Shown here in pieces: positions 30,760-43,695 of a stretch of 64,000 bases of DNA. The notes below the pieces were generated by a model. That model did not search any database. It was not told the origin of the DNA and saw nothing but the letters and a program-made list of their open reading frames with translations. Numbering within the stretch: the stretch's first letter is position 1; each line of letters begins with the position of its first letter. The DNA is from Oscillospiraceae bacterium (lineage in GTDB: Bacteria; Bacillota; Clostridia; Oscillospirales; CAG-272), in the NCBI GenBank assembly GCA_015064805.1, contig SVRN01000009.1, positions 2,614-66,613 on the forward strand, in the 5' to 3' direction. Both the position numbers and the translations under genes were made by a program.

Positions 30760-31660
30760 GAAAGTTTTATAGAACTACTTCTTGGGTCTCACCCTGCGCT
30801 TGCAAAGACAGATTGAATTATTTGCAACCGTTTCTTTTGACGCGCGTACAGCTGGTTTTGTGTTCATGCTTGCATGACGCCCGTGTTTGGCGGGCGAGCA
30901 AAACTTGCTATTTCGCTTGCGAAATATGGCTTCGCGCCGCGCGGTTTTTTGTGTACTTTCTTTGTCTCTGAACAAAGAAAGTACGAAAGAAACGCGGGCA
31001 TCTAATTCAGTGCTTATGGGAAAGTTGAATTACCCGCTTCCGAAGAATTTTGCTTGCAAAATTCTTCCCATAGAAAATAAAATTTTTTCTGGGCCTAATG
31101 CCCTTAAGAAACCCGCAAGACTTTTCTCTTTCACTATCTTTTGGTGGTTACCAAAAGGCGTTGTGGCGTCAGCAATTTTTGCGCAACGAAATCCAAAGAT
31201 TTCGTTGCTACTGCAAGCAGGCGATCATTTTCTGCTTTATTCCATGCCGCGCTTCAAAGCAAATAGAGGAGAAAAACATATACGTTTTTCTGCATCTCTC
31301 GCCGTTTTGCCACCACGCGCGGCAGGCGGAGAGAGCGAAATCGTTTTTGTTGAAAAATCAGTTGAACCGGGGTGCGTCGCAGATAGCAAAAAATTTTGCT
31401 TTTTTGCTTGCGTGCGACTTTCGTGTTTGCAAGTTTCTTTAACTTGCAAACGCAAAAGCTGAAGAAGTTTGTCCCCGCGAAAAAATGAGTGAAGCGACAG
31501 CGGAACGACTTTTCGCGCTCGGGGGTTCTAAGGGGTATTAGACCCCTTGGTTCCCTTCTTGGCTACTTCTTGGGGAACGCCAAGAAGTAGCATAAAATGC
31601 TTTCAGCGAGCGCGTTGTGCGAGCTTGTAGAAAGATTTCTAACAAATCTGAAATCATAAA
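30760..31660 (+). repeat. HME copy 8 (longest; duplicated left end, Y module in reverse orientation, E module)
   Basis: The Y module lies at 30852-30932 in reverse complement and the E module at about 31107-31240. The right end lies 26 nt from the cca start. Confidence 0.8.
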
Positions 31661-31685
31661 ATATCAAAAAAGAAAGGAGCCCACC

Positions 31686-32987
31686 ATGTCCAAAATCACC
31701 ATCCCAAATCAAATCATCCGCGCCCTGTGGCTCCTTGAAAAAGAGGGCTTCCCTGCCTACATCGTCGGCGGCAGTCTGCGTGACGCCCTGCTGGGCAAAT
31801 CCCCCCACGACTGGGACGTCACTACCCCCGCCCTGCCCGATCGGATGCTGGAAATTTTCACCGCCGCGGGACATGCCACCATTCCCACCGGCCTTGCCCA
31901 CGGCACCGTCACGGTGCTGATCGACCACGCCCCCATCGAGTGCACCACCTACCGTGTCGACGGCGAATACACCGACGCCCGTCACCCCGACAGCGTCCGC
32001 TTCACCGACCGCATTGCCGACGATCTCGCCCGCCGCGACTTTACCGTCAACGCCATGGCTTGTCGCTTGCCCCATATAGCAAAATGGAACGAAAACGAGC
32101 TCGCCCTTTCGCAGGGCTTGACCGTGTCCGTGGACGAGCTGGAGATCGTGGATCTGTACGGCGGCCGCGAGGATCTGGCGCGCGGCGTCATCCGTTGCGT
32201 GGGCGATCCCGCCACCCGACTGACCGAGGACGCGCTTCGCATTTTGCGCGGCGTGCGCTTTTGCGTGCAGCTGGGCTTTTCGCCCGATCCCGCGACCGAG
32301 CAGGCGCTGTTTGATTGCCGCGCGGGGCTCTCGCACATTTCCGCCGAGCGCATCGCGACCGAGCTGACCCGCACGCTTGCCTGCCCCCTCCCTTGCGCCG
32401 ACGGCTTGCGCCTGATGAGCCGCACGGGGCTGTGGCAATACGTTTTACCCGAGATTGAAAACAATAATATATCTAAATATTTTGACAACGAAGAAAGCTT
32501 GTTTAACGCAGTTGATACGTTGCCAAATCGCCCCGAGCTACGCCTTGCGTTGCTCCTTTGCGGCACCGATGCCAAGGGGGCCAAAGCGGCCTGCGGGCGG
32601 CTGAAGCTGTCCAACAAAACGACCGATGCCGTGTCTGCTTACGTCGGGGCGATCGACCGTCCCTGCCCAAAAACTGACGCCAACGTGCGCCGTTATCTGG
32701 CGGCGCTTGGCGTTCATGCCGAGGGGGCGCTGTGCGTTGCGGCCGCCTGCCATGCAAAGGAAAAAGCAAATTACGAAACCGCGCTGGCGCGTGCTGACCT
32801 CATTCGCGCGAGGGGAGATTGCCTGGCGATCTGCGACCTTGCCGTGGACGGCAGCATGCTGATGAGCGAGCTGGGTCTGCGTGGGCGTGAGGTTGGAGAG
32901 ATGCTGGCGAGATTGCTTGACGTGGTGCTGGAGGATGAGACGAAAAATGAGAAGGAGATTCTCCTGCGGATTGCGGGGGAGACGTGA
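31686..32987 (+). CDS. cca: CCA-adding tRNA nucleotidyltransferase
   Basis: GGSLRDALLG and DWDV head-domain motifs. Start set at ATG 31686 behind AAAGGAG. The longer ORF-track start lies in repeat DNA. Confidence 0.85.
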   Translation: MSKITIPNQIIRALWLLEKEGFPAYIVGGSLRDALLGKSPHDWDVTTPALPDRMLEIFTAAGHATIPTGLAHGTVTVLIDHAPIECTTYRVDGEYTDARHPDSVRFTDRIADDLARRDFTVNAMACRLPHIAKWNENELALSQGLTVSVDELEIVDLYGGREDLARGVIRCVGDPATRLTEDALRILRGVRFCVQLGFSPDPATEQALFDCRAGLSHISAERIATELTRTLACPLPCADGLRLMSRTGLWQYVLPEIENNNISKYFDNEESLFNAVDTLPNRPELRLALLLCGTDAKGAKAACGRLKLSNKTTDAVSAYVGAIDRPCPKTDANVRRYLAALGVHAEGALCVAAACHAKEKANYETALARADLIRARGDCLAICDLAVDGSMLMSELGLRGREVGEMLARLLDVVLEDETKNEKEILLRIAGET

Positions 32988-32993
32988 GAGGCT

Positions 32994-33640
32994 GTTTGAA
33001 ATTTCAAGCAGCTTCTCTTTTTTGACGCTCACACTGTGCCTGCGGCACGCGCTCGCTGTTCCGGTTTTTTATGCCACTTCTTGGCGCGCCCCAAGAAGTG
33101 GCGGAAGAAGCGCGCCAAGGGGTCTAATACCCCTTGGTACCCCCGAGCGCGCAAACGACGCTACGTTTCACTCCGCTCATATTTGCGCGAAAAGATGCAT
33201 CTTCAGCTTTTGCGAGCGCGGCTTAAAGAAAGCCACGCTCACGAAAGTAACACGCAAGCGACATTGCAAAAGCTTTTGCCATCTGCGACGCACCCCAGAC
33301 TAACTAATCTTCAAACAAAAACGATTTCGCTCTCCCTGCCTGCCACGCGTGGTGGCTACACTTGAAGCACCGCACTAAAACATAATATGTAATCTCTCTT
33401 GTTCCTCTTTGTAGCGAGGCAATCGCAGGGAGGCCCCCAAGGGTTCGTCCGGGCGCGCAATGTTTGCGCCCGTGCGAAGCACGATGTTCGCGTTTAGCGA
33501 ACAAGCAAACTTGCGATTTTGGCTTGCCGAAATCTGTTTTCTTGGTTCATTCTTTGCCGCGCGGCAAAGAATGAACATAAAAAACGGTACAGCTCAGCGC
33601 GCACCGCAGGTGCGCAGTATGAGCGTCCGTAGAAAAAAAG
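32994..33640 (-). repeat. HME copy 9 (reverse orientation, with X module)
   Basis: The J, I, H and G blocks read as reverse complement. X lies at about 33452-33542. Confidence 0.85.
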
Positions 33641-33670
33641 GAGAATTTCCTTGCGAAATTCTCCTTTTTG
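33634..33670. terminator. bidirectional intrinsic terminator between HME copy 9 and atpC
   Basis: AAAAAGGAGAATTTC, loop CTTGC, GAAATTCTCCTTTTT. Confidence 0.7.
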
Positions 33671-33679
33671 CTTGCTGTT

Positions 33680-35388
<1,709 letters not shown>

Positions 35389-36192
35389 TTACGTGCCGCT
35401 TCCCGCGACGATCTCGGTGATCTCCTGGGTGATGGCACTCTGTCTTGCTCGGTTGTATTCAAGCTGTAATTTGTCGATCATTTCCTGCGCGTTTTTGCCT
35501 GCGCTGTCCATGGCGGTACGACGGGCGACGATCTCGCAGGCAAAGCTCTCCCTTGCTGCGCTGACCAGAATGCCCGCGACGTACTCGGGTACGGCGGCTT
35601 CAAGAATGGTCAGCTCGTCGGGCTCGTAGATCATGCCGCCGCCCACGCTCTCCTCGCTTTTTGTCAGCGGGAGAACCCAGCGCACGTCGGGCTGTTGAGA
35701 CAGCATCGAAAGATAGCGCGTGCCGAGAATGCCCACGCGGCTGTACTCGCCCTCGCGGAATTTGCGGCAAAGATCAAGGGATAACCCCAGCGCCTCGCGT
35801 GCGTCAAATCCTTCGGCGCGGCAGAGCTCACCGTGAAAACGGTCGCAGGCGCGCTTGCCGATGGGGATGATATCCACGTCCTCGTATTCACGCAACGCGC
35901 GGAAAACGTTGGCGTTGTAGCCGCCCGCCAAGCCGCGGTCGCCCGCGATAACGATAAGGCAGGTCCTGCCGCCCTCGGCTTGCTTCATATAGGGACTGTT
36001 CTGACATTCGGGGCTTTGCGTCAAGGGGGCGATGGCCTGCCAGACGGCGGCTTCGTACTGCCGTCCCTTGTTCATGCCCTCCAGGGCGCGGCGCATCTTG
36101 GAGGAGGCGACCAGCCCCATCGCCCGCGTCAGATGCAGCGTGGAATCCACGCTTTTGATGCGGTTGCGCAGCTTTTTGGTATCTGCTCCCAT
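35389..36192 (-). CDS. atpG: F1 ATP synthase gamma subunit
   Basis: Position between atpA and atpD. Conserved C-terminus YNRARQSAITQEITEIVAG. Confidence 0.9.
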   Translation of the reverse strand: MGADTKKLRNRIKSVDSTLHLTRAMGLVASSKMRRALEGMNKGRQYEAAVWQAIAPLTQSPECQNSPYMKQAEGGRTCLIVIAGDRGLAGGYNANVFRALREYEDVDIIPIGKRACDRFHGELCRAEGFDAREALGLSLDLCRKFREGEYSRVGILGTRYLSMLSQQPDVRWVLPLTKSEESVGGGMIYEPDELTILEAAVPEYVAGILVSAARESFACEIVARRTAMDSAGKNAQEMIDKLQLEYNRARQSAITQEITEIVAGSGT

Positions 36193-36195
36193 GGC

Positions 36196-37703
<1,508 letters not shown>

Positions 37704-37707
<4 letters not shown>

Positions 37708-38243
37708 CCCTTCATTACTTCTTTTACTTCGCGGAGCTTGGCGCGCAGCGAGCCGTCCATGATCATGCCCTCCATCTCAACGATGACGCCGCCCATGATG
37801 GACGGATCGACCTCGCAGGAAAGCAGAACGGTCGAGCCGCTCTTTTGCTCCAGCTTTTGCACGAGCGCCTGCTTTTCGTCCTCGTTCAGCGCGACGGCGC
37901 TGACGACGCGGGCGGTTACGACCGCCTGACGAACGTCCAAGAGTCGCTTGTACTCGTCCACGCATGACGAAAAAGCACGGATGCGGCCCTTTTCGCACAT
38001 CAATCCGAGCAGCGACACGACGATCTCGGGCAGCGTGCCCTCAAAGCCTTCGCAAAGCGCGGCCGTGCGCTCGGACAGCGGTATGCTCGGCGAGCAGACC
38101 AGCTCCATGTATTCGGGGTTTTGTTCAAACACGGTCTTGGCGCTCTCCAGCGCCGCCATGATCTCGCCCTCGCGGCCCTCCTCGCAAGCGATCTCAAAGA
38201 TGGCCTGGGCGTATTGCTTACTGATCTCCTTCATCGCTCTCAC
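37704..38243 (-). CDS. atpH: F1 ATP synthase delta (OSCP) subunit
   Basis: Size, operon position and the YAQAIFEIA start motif. Confidence 0.85.
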
Positions 38244-38733
38244 CTATCTTGTCGATGAACGAACCGATCAGGGCGCGGTGGTCGTTTTCGTTGACCTCAC
38301 GCTCCAGCATTTTCTCGGCGATGGTGGTCGAAACGTCCACGATCTCCCGCTTGATACCTTCCGTTGCCTTTTTGCGCTCCAGCTCGGCCTCGCGCTCCGC
38401 CTGCTGCTTGATGCTCTCCGCACGCTCAGAGGCGTCGGAAACGATCTGCTCGGCGCGGTACTTGGCCGTGTCGGTCGCCTGCTTGAGAATGCGCTCGGCC
38501 TCGGCGTCGGCACCCTGCATCTTCTGCTCCCAGGCGTCGCGGTTGGCGTCAGCTGCGTCCTGCGCCTCTTTGGCGGCGGCGTACTGATGATCCAGCTCGG
38601 CCTGACGAGCGGCCAGCATCTTTTTGATGGGGCCGAACAGAAAGCGTTTGACCACCCAGAAGATGATGACGAGGTTGGCAAGAGACACCAAAACGTGCCA
38701 GAGATTGACCGAAATAATGTCTAACGTTTGCAT
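38218..38733 (-). CDS. atpF: Fo ATP synthase b subunit
   Basis: One N-terminal TM segment followed by a long charged helix. Operon position fits. Confidence 0.85.
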   Translation of the reverse strand: MQTLDIISVNLWHVLVSLANLVIIFWVVKRFLFGPIKKMLAARQAELDHQYAAAKEAQDAADANRDAWEQKMQGADAEAERILKQATDTAKYRAEQIVSDASERAESIKQQAEREAELERKKATEGIKREIVDVSTTIAEKMLEREVNENDHRALIGSFIDKIGESDEGDQ

Positions 38734-38760
38734 AAATCCTTCTCCAATGCGGACGGTTGA

Positions 38761-39048
38761 TTACAGACCGATGGCGCTCTTGAGAACGTTGACCATGACG
38801 TTGGGGGCAACGAAAATGAGCAGAATGGCGATAACAAGCGAGTAAATACCCGTGGTCTCGGCGATGGCACAACCCATGATCATGGTAGAGGTGACGGCGC
38901 TTTTGCTCTCGGGCTGACGACCGATGGCTTCACACGCTTTGGAAACGGCGTTACCTTCACCAATGCCGGGGCCGACGGCGCCAATGCCCATACAAATGCC
39001 TGCACCCAGTGCACAGCAGCCCAGAATGATACCGATTGCGAGTTCCAT
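38761..39048 (-). CDS. atpE: Fo ATP synthase c subunit with a two-carboxylate (E...ETT..Y) ion-site signature
   Basis: Helical hairpin GPGIGEGNAV...GRQPE...IAETTGIYSLVIA. Confidence 0.92.
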   Translation of the reverse strand: MELAIGIILGCCALGAGICMGIGAVGPGIGEGNAVSKACEAIGRQPESKSAVTSTMIMGCAIAETTGIYSLVIAILLIFVAPNVMVNVLKSAIGL

Positions 39049-39069
39049 AATAATTTCCTCCTGAAAAAT

Positions 39070-39266
39070 GATTTATATATTTTTTGTTTTTTGTTTAAAA
39101 GTTTTGGTCAAGCTTTTTCAAAAGCTTGCGCAGTGGAGGGCGCGTAGCCCTCCTCGCGCTCCGCAGAGCGCGAAACACTCCTTGGCGTTTTCTTTTTGAT
39201 AACTTTTTCTTTTGCGCCTCTTGTGCCAAAAGAAAAAGTGGGTAAAAGCTTTTGCAAAGGCAACGA
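39070..39266. repeat. short hairpin repeat, family 2 (between atpB and atpE)
   Basis: See 29185-29419. Confidence 0.75.
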
Positions 39267-40187
39267 TCAGTCCTTTTGTGCGGCTTGCGCTTCTCTCTTT
39301 GCCTTCTTGGCCAGCTTTCGGCGCTTTCGCTCCTCGTACAGGTCCTGCGGGAAGCCGCCCGAGATGTTGAGCATGGTCAGCATGGCGAAAATGTACGCCT
39401 GCATACAGCTGCTGAACACGTCGAAATACAGCGACAGAATACCGGGCAGACCGATGCGCAGAAGCGGGAAATCACCCAGCACGCCGGGCAGCCAGCCCAG
39501 CACCATGTTGGACAGTCCTCCAAGCGCCGTGGCGATCAGCACGGCGATGACAGAGCCCGAGAGCACGTTGCCGTAGTGACGGAAGGCCATGGAAATGGGC
39601 GTTGCGATCTCGCCTAAAATGTTCAGCGGAAGCAGAACGAAAATGGGCTCGGTGAAGCTCTTCATATAATTGAGCAGACCGCCCTTGAGCTTGTAGTAGG
39701 TGATCAGAATGAAGACCAGAATCGCCCAGCCTGCGACGATATTGACGTCCGAGGTGGGGGCGAACAGCCCAAGCAGGGACAGAAGACTTGACAGCGCCGA
39801 CAGCGCGAGAATGCCCGCAATGAAGGGGGCAAAGCCCGAGAAAAACGGGCCCATGTTTTCGTGTACCATGCTCTCCAGCGTTTCAACTGCCCATTCGGCC
39901 AGCGCCTGGCGGCGGGTGGGAACGCCTGCACGAACGCCGTGCGTCATATAAAGGCAGATGCCCAAAATGCAGATGATAACCAAAAGCGAATTGACCTGCG
40001 CCTCGGTGACGGGGAAATCCTGAATGGGCATGGGAATGGTGAAATAGATCTGCGCGCCCGTGATGGAAATGCCCTCGGCGGGTGCGGAAAACAGCACCTT
40101 GATGACCAATCCCGCGACCAGCGGCAGGGTCATAAGGGCAATGAGCAGCGCGTCGACGATCTTGAAGCGTAATTCCTTATTCTTCAT
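39267..40187 (-). CDS. atpB: Fo ATP synthase a subunit with a K/R/E-rich C-terminal extension
   Basis: Polytopic protein with a conserved Arg region (MAFRHYGNVLSG). About 30 extra residues (YEERKRRKLAKKAKREAQAAQKD) follow the usual end. Confidence 0.9.
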   Translation of the reverse strand: MKNKELRFKIVDALLIALMTLPLVAGLVIKVLFSAPAEGISITGAQIYFTIPMPIQDFPVTEAQVNSLLVIICILGICLYMTHGVRAGVPTRRQALAEWAVETLESMVHENMGPFFSGFAPFIAGILALSALSSLLSLLGLFAPTSDVNIVAGWAILVFILITYYKLKGGLLNYMKSFTEPIFVLLPLNILGEIATPISMAFRHYGNVLSGSVIAVLIATALGGLSNMVLGWLPGVLGDFPLLRIGLPGILSLYFDVFSSCMQAYIFAMLTMLNISGGFPQDLYEERKRRKLAKKAKREAQAAQKD

Positions 40188-40590
40188 GCTCGGCCTCCTC
40201 CCTTCCCTTTTTTCTGTCCCAGAGCGGGCGGATGAGAATGGCGGCGCGGGGGAACAACAAAGGAATGAGCACTGCCCAGAGATTGAAGCAATTCGGCAGC
40301 AGCGCGCCGACCATTACGACCAGCCCAAGCGCCAAAAGGCGAAGTGAGCTGGACAGCTTCATGGTCTGCTTGGCTTCCTTTTCTTCTTTTTCCACCGCTC
40401 GGACCACGTCCATCGCCATCACGAAGAAGTTGGCAACGACGGCAACGCCCGTCAGCAGATTGCCCAGCAGCACGGTGTAATCCCACTTGCCGATGACGAG
40501 AAAAACGGACTGCAACAGGGCGCTGAAAATGAGCGTCCACAGCGCGATATATTTAGTTTCTTTGAGGACGACAGGGTCGATTTTCTTCAT
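40177..40590 (-). CDS. atpI: ATP synthase protein I (AtpI)-like small membrane protein
   Basis: 137-aa, four-TM ORF heading the atp operon. Confidence 0.65.
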   Translation of the reverse strand: MKKIDPVVLKETKYIALWTLIFSALLQSVFLVIGKWDYTVLLGNLLTGVAVVANFFVMAMDVVRAVEKEEKEAKQTMKLSSSLRLLALGLVVMVGALLPNCFNLWAVLIPLLFPRAAILIRPLWDRKKGREEAEHEE

Positions 40591-40742
40591 ACATACCTCG
40601 CAAGAACGGAAAAGTATCGATAGTTAAAACTTATTATAACACAAAATCGTGAACATTTCTACTGTTTGAGTCAAGAAAAAATAAATTTTTTTAGCGCGGC
40701 GTCAAATTTGGGGCCGAAAGAGGGCTCGGCGCAGGGAAAGCA

Positions 40743-40771
40743 TTGACATGAAAAGCAAAATGTGTTACAAT
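40743..40771 (+). promoter_or_regulatory. sigma-A-type promoter for ktrB-ktrA
   Basis: TTGACA, 17-nt spacer, TACAAT, with TGT as an extended -10. Confidence 0.65.
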
Positions 40772-40827
40772 ACATTCGTTAAACCGCGCTGTCGGACAGC
40801 CGACGGCGGATATTGAAAGGGACGGAT

Positions 40828-42189
40828 ATGAAACGAAAAAAACGATTTTCTCTTTCTACGACGCATATCATACTTCTGAGTTTTCTTTTGGCGATCGTGC
40901 TGGGCTCGCTTTTGCTGTGGCTGCCTATCAGCGCGGCCGACGGACAAAGCGTTCCTTACGTTGACGCGTTGTTCACCGCCACCACTGCGACCTGCGTGAC
41001 GGGCCTGGTCACGCTGCCCACCGTCACCACCTGGAGCGTATTCGGGCAGATCGTTCTGCTTTTGCTCATTCAGATCGGCGGTCTGGGCATCATTACCGTC
41101 ATGACGGGCGTTATGCTTGCTTTGCGCCGCGAGATGGGGCTTGGCGACCGCTTGCTCATTCAGGACGCCTTTAATCTCAATACGCTGGCAGGTCTTGGTG
41201 CCTTCATCAAGCGGGTCATCCTCGGCACGCTGATCGTCGAGCTTGCGGGAGCGCTGGCGTATATGACCGTGTTCGTGCCCGATTTCGGGGCGCGGGGGAT
41301 CTGGATCTCGGTGTTCAACTCGGTTTCCGCCTTTTGCAACGCGGGCATTGATATTTTCGCGCAGGACAGCCTATGCTCTTACGCCACGAATCCCGTCGTC
41401 AATCTCGTGACGAGCTTGCTGATCGTTCTCGGCGGTCTCGGCTATATCGTCTGGTGGGACGTCATCCGCGTCCTTCGTGACAAGGAAGCGCGCGGCCGCG
41501 GCCGCTTACGCCGCCTGACGCTGCACAGCAAGATTGCGCTGACCGCCACCGCCGCCTTTATTTTTGGCGGTGCGGTGCTGATTTTCCTGTTTGAATACGA
41601 CAATCCGCTGACTATTGGCAATATGTCACTGTTTGATAAGATTCAGGTGTCGCTGTTCCAGTCGATCACGACGCGAACGGCGGGCTTTGCCTCCGTTCCT
41701 CAACAGAACCTGACGAGCGGCGCGTCGGTCGTGTCGCTTCTTCTGATGTTCATCGGCGGCTCCCCCGTGGGTACCGCGGGCGGTGTCAAGACGGTGACGA
41801 TGGTCGTGCTGATCGCCTCGGCGATATCGACCGTCAAAAACAAAAACGAGGTCTCGCTGTTCCATCGCACGCTGCCCGAGACCGCCATCCGCAAGGCCGT
41901 CGCCGTGACGGGAACCTCGTTCGCCATCTTGCTGATCTCGACGCTGCTGCTCTCCTTCGTCACCCCCGCCGACACGCTGGACGTGCTGTATGAAACGGTC
42001 AGCGCGACCGCCACGGTGGGACTATCCCGCGATCTGACCTCCTCGCTGAACGTGTGGGGAAAGATCATCGTCCTTGTCACCATGTATCTCGGGCGCGTCG
42101 GCCCGATCTCGCTTGCCTTTGCCTTTAACGTCAAGCATCAAGTGCAAAATATTGTAAAAAATCCCGTTGAGGAAATCAGCGTCGGATGA
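40828..42189 (+). CDS. ktrB: TrkH/KtrB-family K+ transporter membrane subunit
   Basis: Repeated pore-loop pattern (TGLVT, NAGIDI, RTAGFAS, TVGLSR). Start set at ATG 40828. Confidence 0.9.
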   Translation: MKRKKRFSLSTTHIILLSFLLAIVLGSLLLWLPISAADGQSVPYVDALFTATTATCVTGLVTLPTVTTWSVFGQIVLLLLIQIGGLGIITVMTGVMLALRREMGLGDRLLIQDAFNLNTLAGLGAFIKRVILGTLIVELAGALAYMTVFVPDFGARGIWISVFNSVSAFCNAGIDIFAQDSLCSYATNPVVNLVTSLLIVLGGLGYIVWWDVIRVLRDKEARGRGRLRRLTLHSKIALTATAAFIFGGAVLIFLFEYDNPLTIGNMSLFDKIQVSLFQSITTRTAGFASVPQQNLTSGASVVSLLLMFIGGSPVGTAGGVKTVTMVVLIASAISTVKNKNEVSLFHRTLPETAIRKAVAVTGTSFAILLISTLLLSFVTPADTLDVLYETVSATATVGLSRDLTSSLNVWGKIIVLVTMYLGRVGPISLAFAFNVKHQVQNIVKNPVEEISVG

Positions 42190-42202
42190 GAAAGGATCTA
42201 TC

Positions 42203-42853
42203 ATGAGCATTCATAAGTCATACGCAGTTTTCGGATTGGGGCGCTACGGTACGGCCGTTGCCCGCGAGCTGGTCAAGAACGGCGCGGAGGTGCTGGCCGT
42301 TGATCTTGAGGAGTCGCTCGTCAACACCGCGGCGGCGGATATTCCCGTTTGCAAATGCGCCGACGTGACCGACGTCGAGGTCCTGCGCCAGCTGGACATT
42401 GCCAAATTCGACGTGGTCATCATCGCCATGGCGGGAAATCTGGAGGCCAGCGTGATGGCGACGGCGCTGTGCCGTGAGCTGGGCGTCAAGACCATCATTG
42501 CCAAGTGCGCCAACGAAATGCACCAGAAAATACTCAGCCGCGTCGGGGCGGATCAGGTGGTCATTCCCGAGAGCGAATCGGGCGCGCGCCTTGCCAAAAA
42601 CCTGCTTTCCTCGGGCTTCGTGGATATCATCGAGCTGACCAACAACGTCTGCATGGTCGAGCTGGACGTCCGTCCCGAGTGGGTGGGAAAGAATTTGCTT
42701 GAGCTGAATCTGCGCAAAAAATATTCCGTGAACGTCGTGGCGATCCGCCGCGGCAAGGGCGTCAGCACGGACATCGATCCGAACGAGCCGCTGAGCGAGG
42801 ACATGGAGCTGATCGTGATCGCCAATACGGCCAAACTGAGTAAGCTGAAGTGA
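42203..42853 (+). CDS. ktrA: TrkA/KtrA RCK-domain K+ uptake regulatory subunit
   Basis: AVFGLGRYG Rossmann motif and a C-terminal TrkA_C-like region. Start set at ATG 42203. Confidence 0.9.
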   Translation: MSIHKSYAVFGLGRYGTAVARELVKNGAEVLAVDLEESLVNTAAADIPVCKCADVTDVEVLRQLDIAKFDVVIIAMAGNLEASVMATALCRELGVKTIIAKCANEMHQKILSRVGADQVVIPESESGARLAKNLLSSGFVDIIELTNNVCMVELDVRPEWVGKNLLELNLRKKYSVNVVAIRRGKGVSTDIDPNEPLSEDMELIVIANTAKLSKLK

Positions 42854-42875
42854 GGAGCTTTTTTCCGTTTTTTTC

Positions 42876-42905
42876 TTGACAGCCCCAAGGCGGCTGTGAT
42901 ATAAT
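42876..42905 (+). promoter_or_regulatory. sigma-A-type promoter for the PRTase-like gene
   Basis: TTGACA, 18-nt spacer, TATAAT, with TGA as an extended -10. Confidence 0.6.
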
Positions 42906-42929
42906 AAAAAAAAAGGGGTTTTTACGACT

Positions 42930-43568
42930 ATGTCTACTGAAAACATCTACAAGATCCGTGCCAAGAACAGAGATCTCTTTTTGCGCGTGAGCGAGGGGCA
43001 TTTCGCCACCAGCCACAGCCATATCAACTATTACATCGACGTCTCTGCCCAAAAGGCAAGACTGTCCGAGGCAACCGCCGTGGCGCGTGACCTTGTTTCG
43101 TATTATAACAATACCATCGTCGATACCATCCTTTGCCTGGACGGTACCGAGGTCATAGGCACGTGCCTGGCCAACGAGCTGACCAAGGGCGATTTTATGA
43201 ACATGAACGCCCATCAGACCATCTACGTCGTCACGCCCGAGCATACCACGGGCAGCCAGCTCATCTTCCGTGACAATACCGCCCCCATGATCGCAGGCAA
43301 GCACGTGCTCATCCTTGCCGCGTCGGTCGCAACGGGCTATACCGTTCTCTCCGCGGCCGAGGCCATCAACTACTACGGCGGCATCGTGACGGGCATCGCC
43401 TCCATTTTTGCCACGCTGACCGAATGCGGCGGCCATAAGGTCCGCTCCGTCTTCAGCACGAGCGACCTCGACGGTTACGCCAGCCACCCCTCGCACGAGT
43501 GCCCGCTGTGCAAGAAGGGCGTTAAGATCGACGGTCTGGTCAACAGCTTCGGTTTTTCCAAACTTTGA
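42930..43568 (+). CDS. phosphoribosyltransferase-fold protein with a non-canonical PRPP loop
   Basis: VLILAASVATGYT occupies the place of the hhhhDD..TG.T PRPP motif, so the acidic pair is replaced by AA. The C-terminus carries HECPLCKKG. Function unknown. Confidence 0.5.
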   Translation: MSTENIYKIRAKNRDLFLRVSEGHFATSHSHINYYIDVSAQKARLSEATAVARDLVSYYNNTIVDTILCLDGTEVIGTCLANELTKGDFMNMNAHQTIYVVTPEHTTGSQLIFRDNTAPMIAGKHVLILAASVATGYTVLSAAEAINYYGGIVTGIASIFATLTECGGHKVRSVFSTSDLDGYASHPSHECPLCKKGVKIDGLVNSFGFSKL

Positions 43569-43574
43569 TATTCA

Positions 43575-43603
43575 GGGGACTTGTTTTCGCAAGTCCCTTT
43601 TTT
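43575..43603 (+). terminator. intrinsic terminator after the PRTase-like gene
   Basis: GGGACTTG, loop, CAAGTCCC, then TTTTTT. Confidence 0.7.
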
Positions 43604-43614
43604 CTATATTCCTA

Positions 43615-43643
43615 TTGACAAAAAACGACGGCGGGAGTATAAT
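43615..43643 (+). promoter_or_regulatory. sigma-A-type promoter for mscL
   Basis: TTGACA, 17-nt spacer, TATAAT. Confidence 0.65.
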
Positions 43644-43695
43644 GATTTTCGTAGGGTGTACAAGCCCAAACCCAAAAAACACAGGAGAAAATGCT

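Noticed and set aside
40772-40827. A c-di-AMP (ydaO-type) riboswitch upstream of ktrB-ktrA.
   Set aside because: The 5' UTR between the predicted -10 box and the start codon is only about 55 nt and holds one simple hairpin. That is far too short for that riboswitch class.
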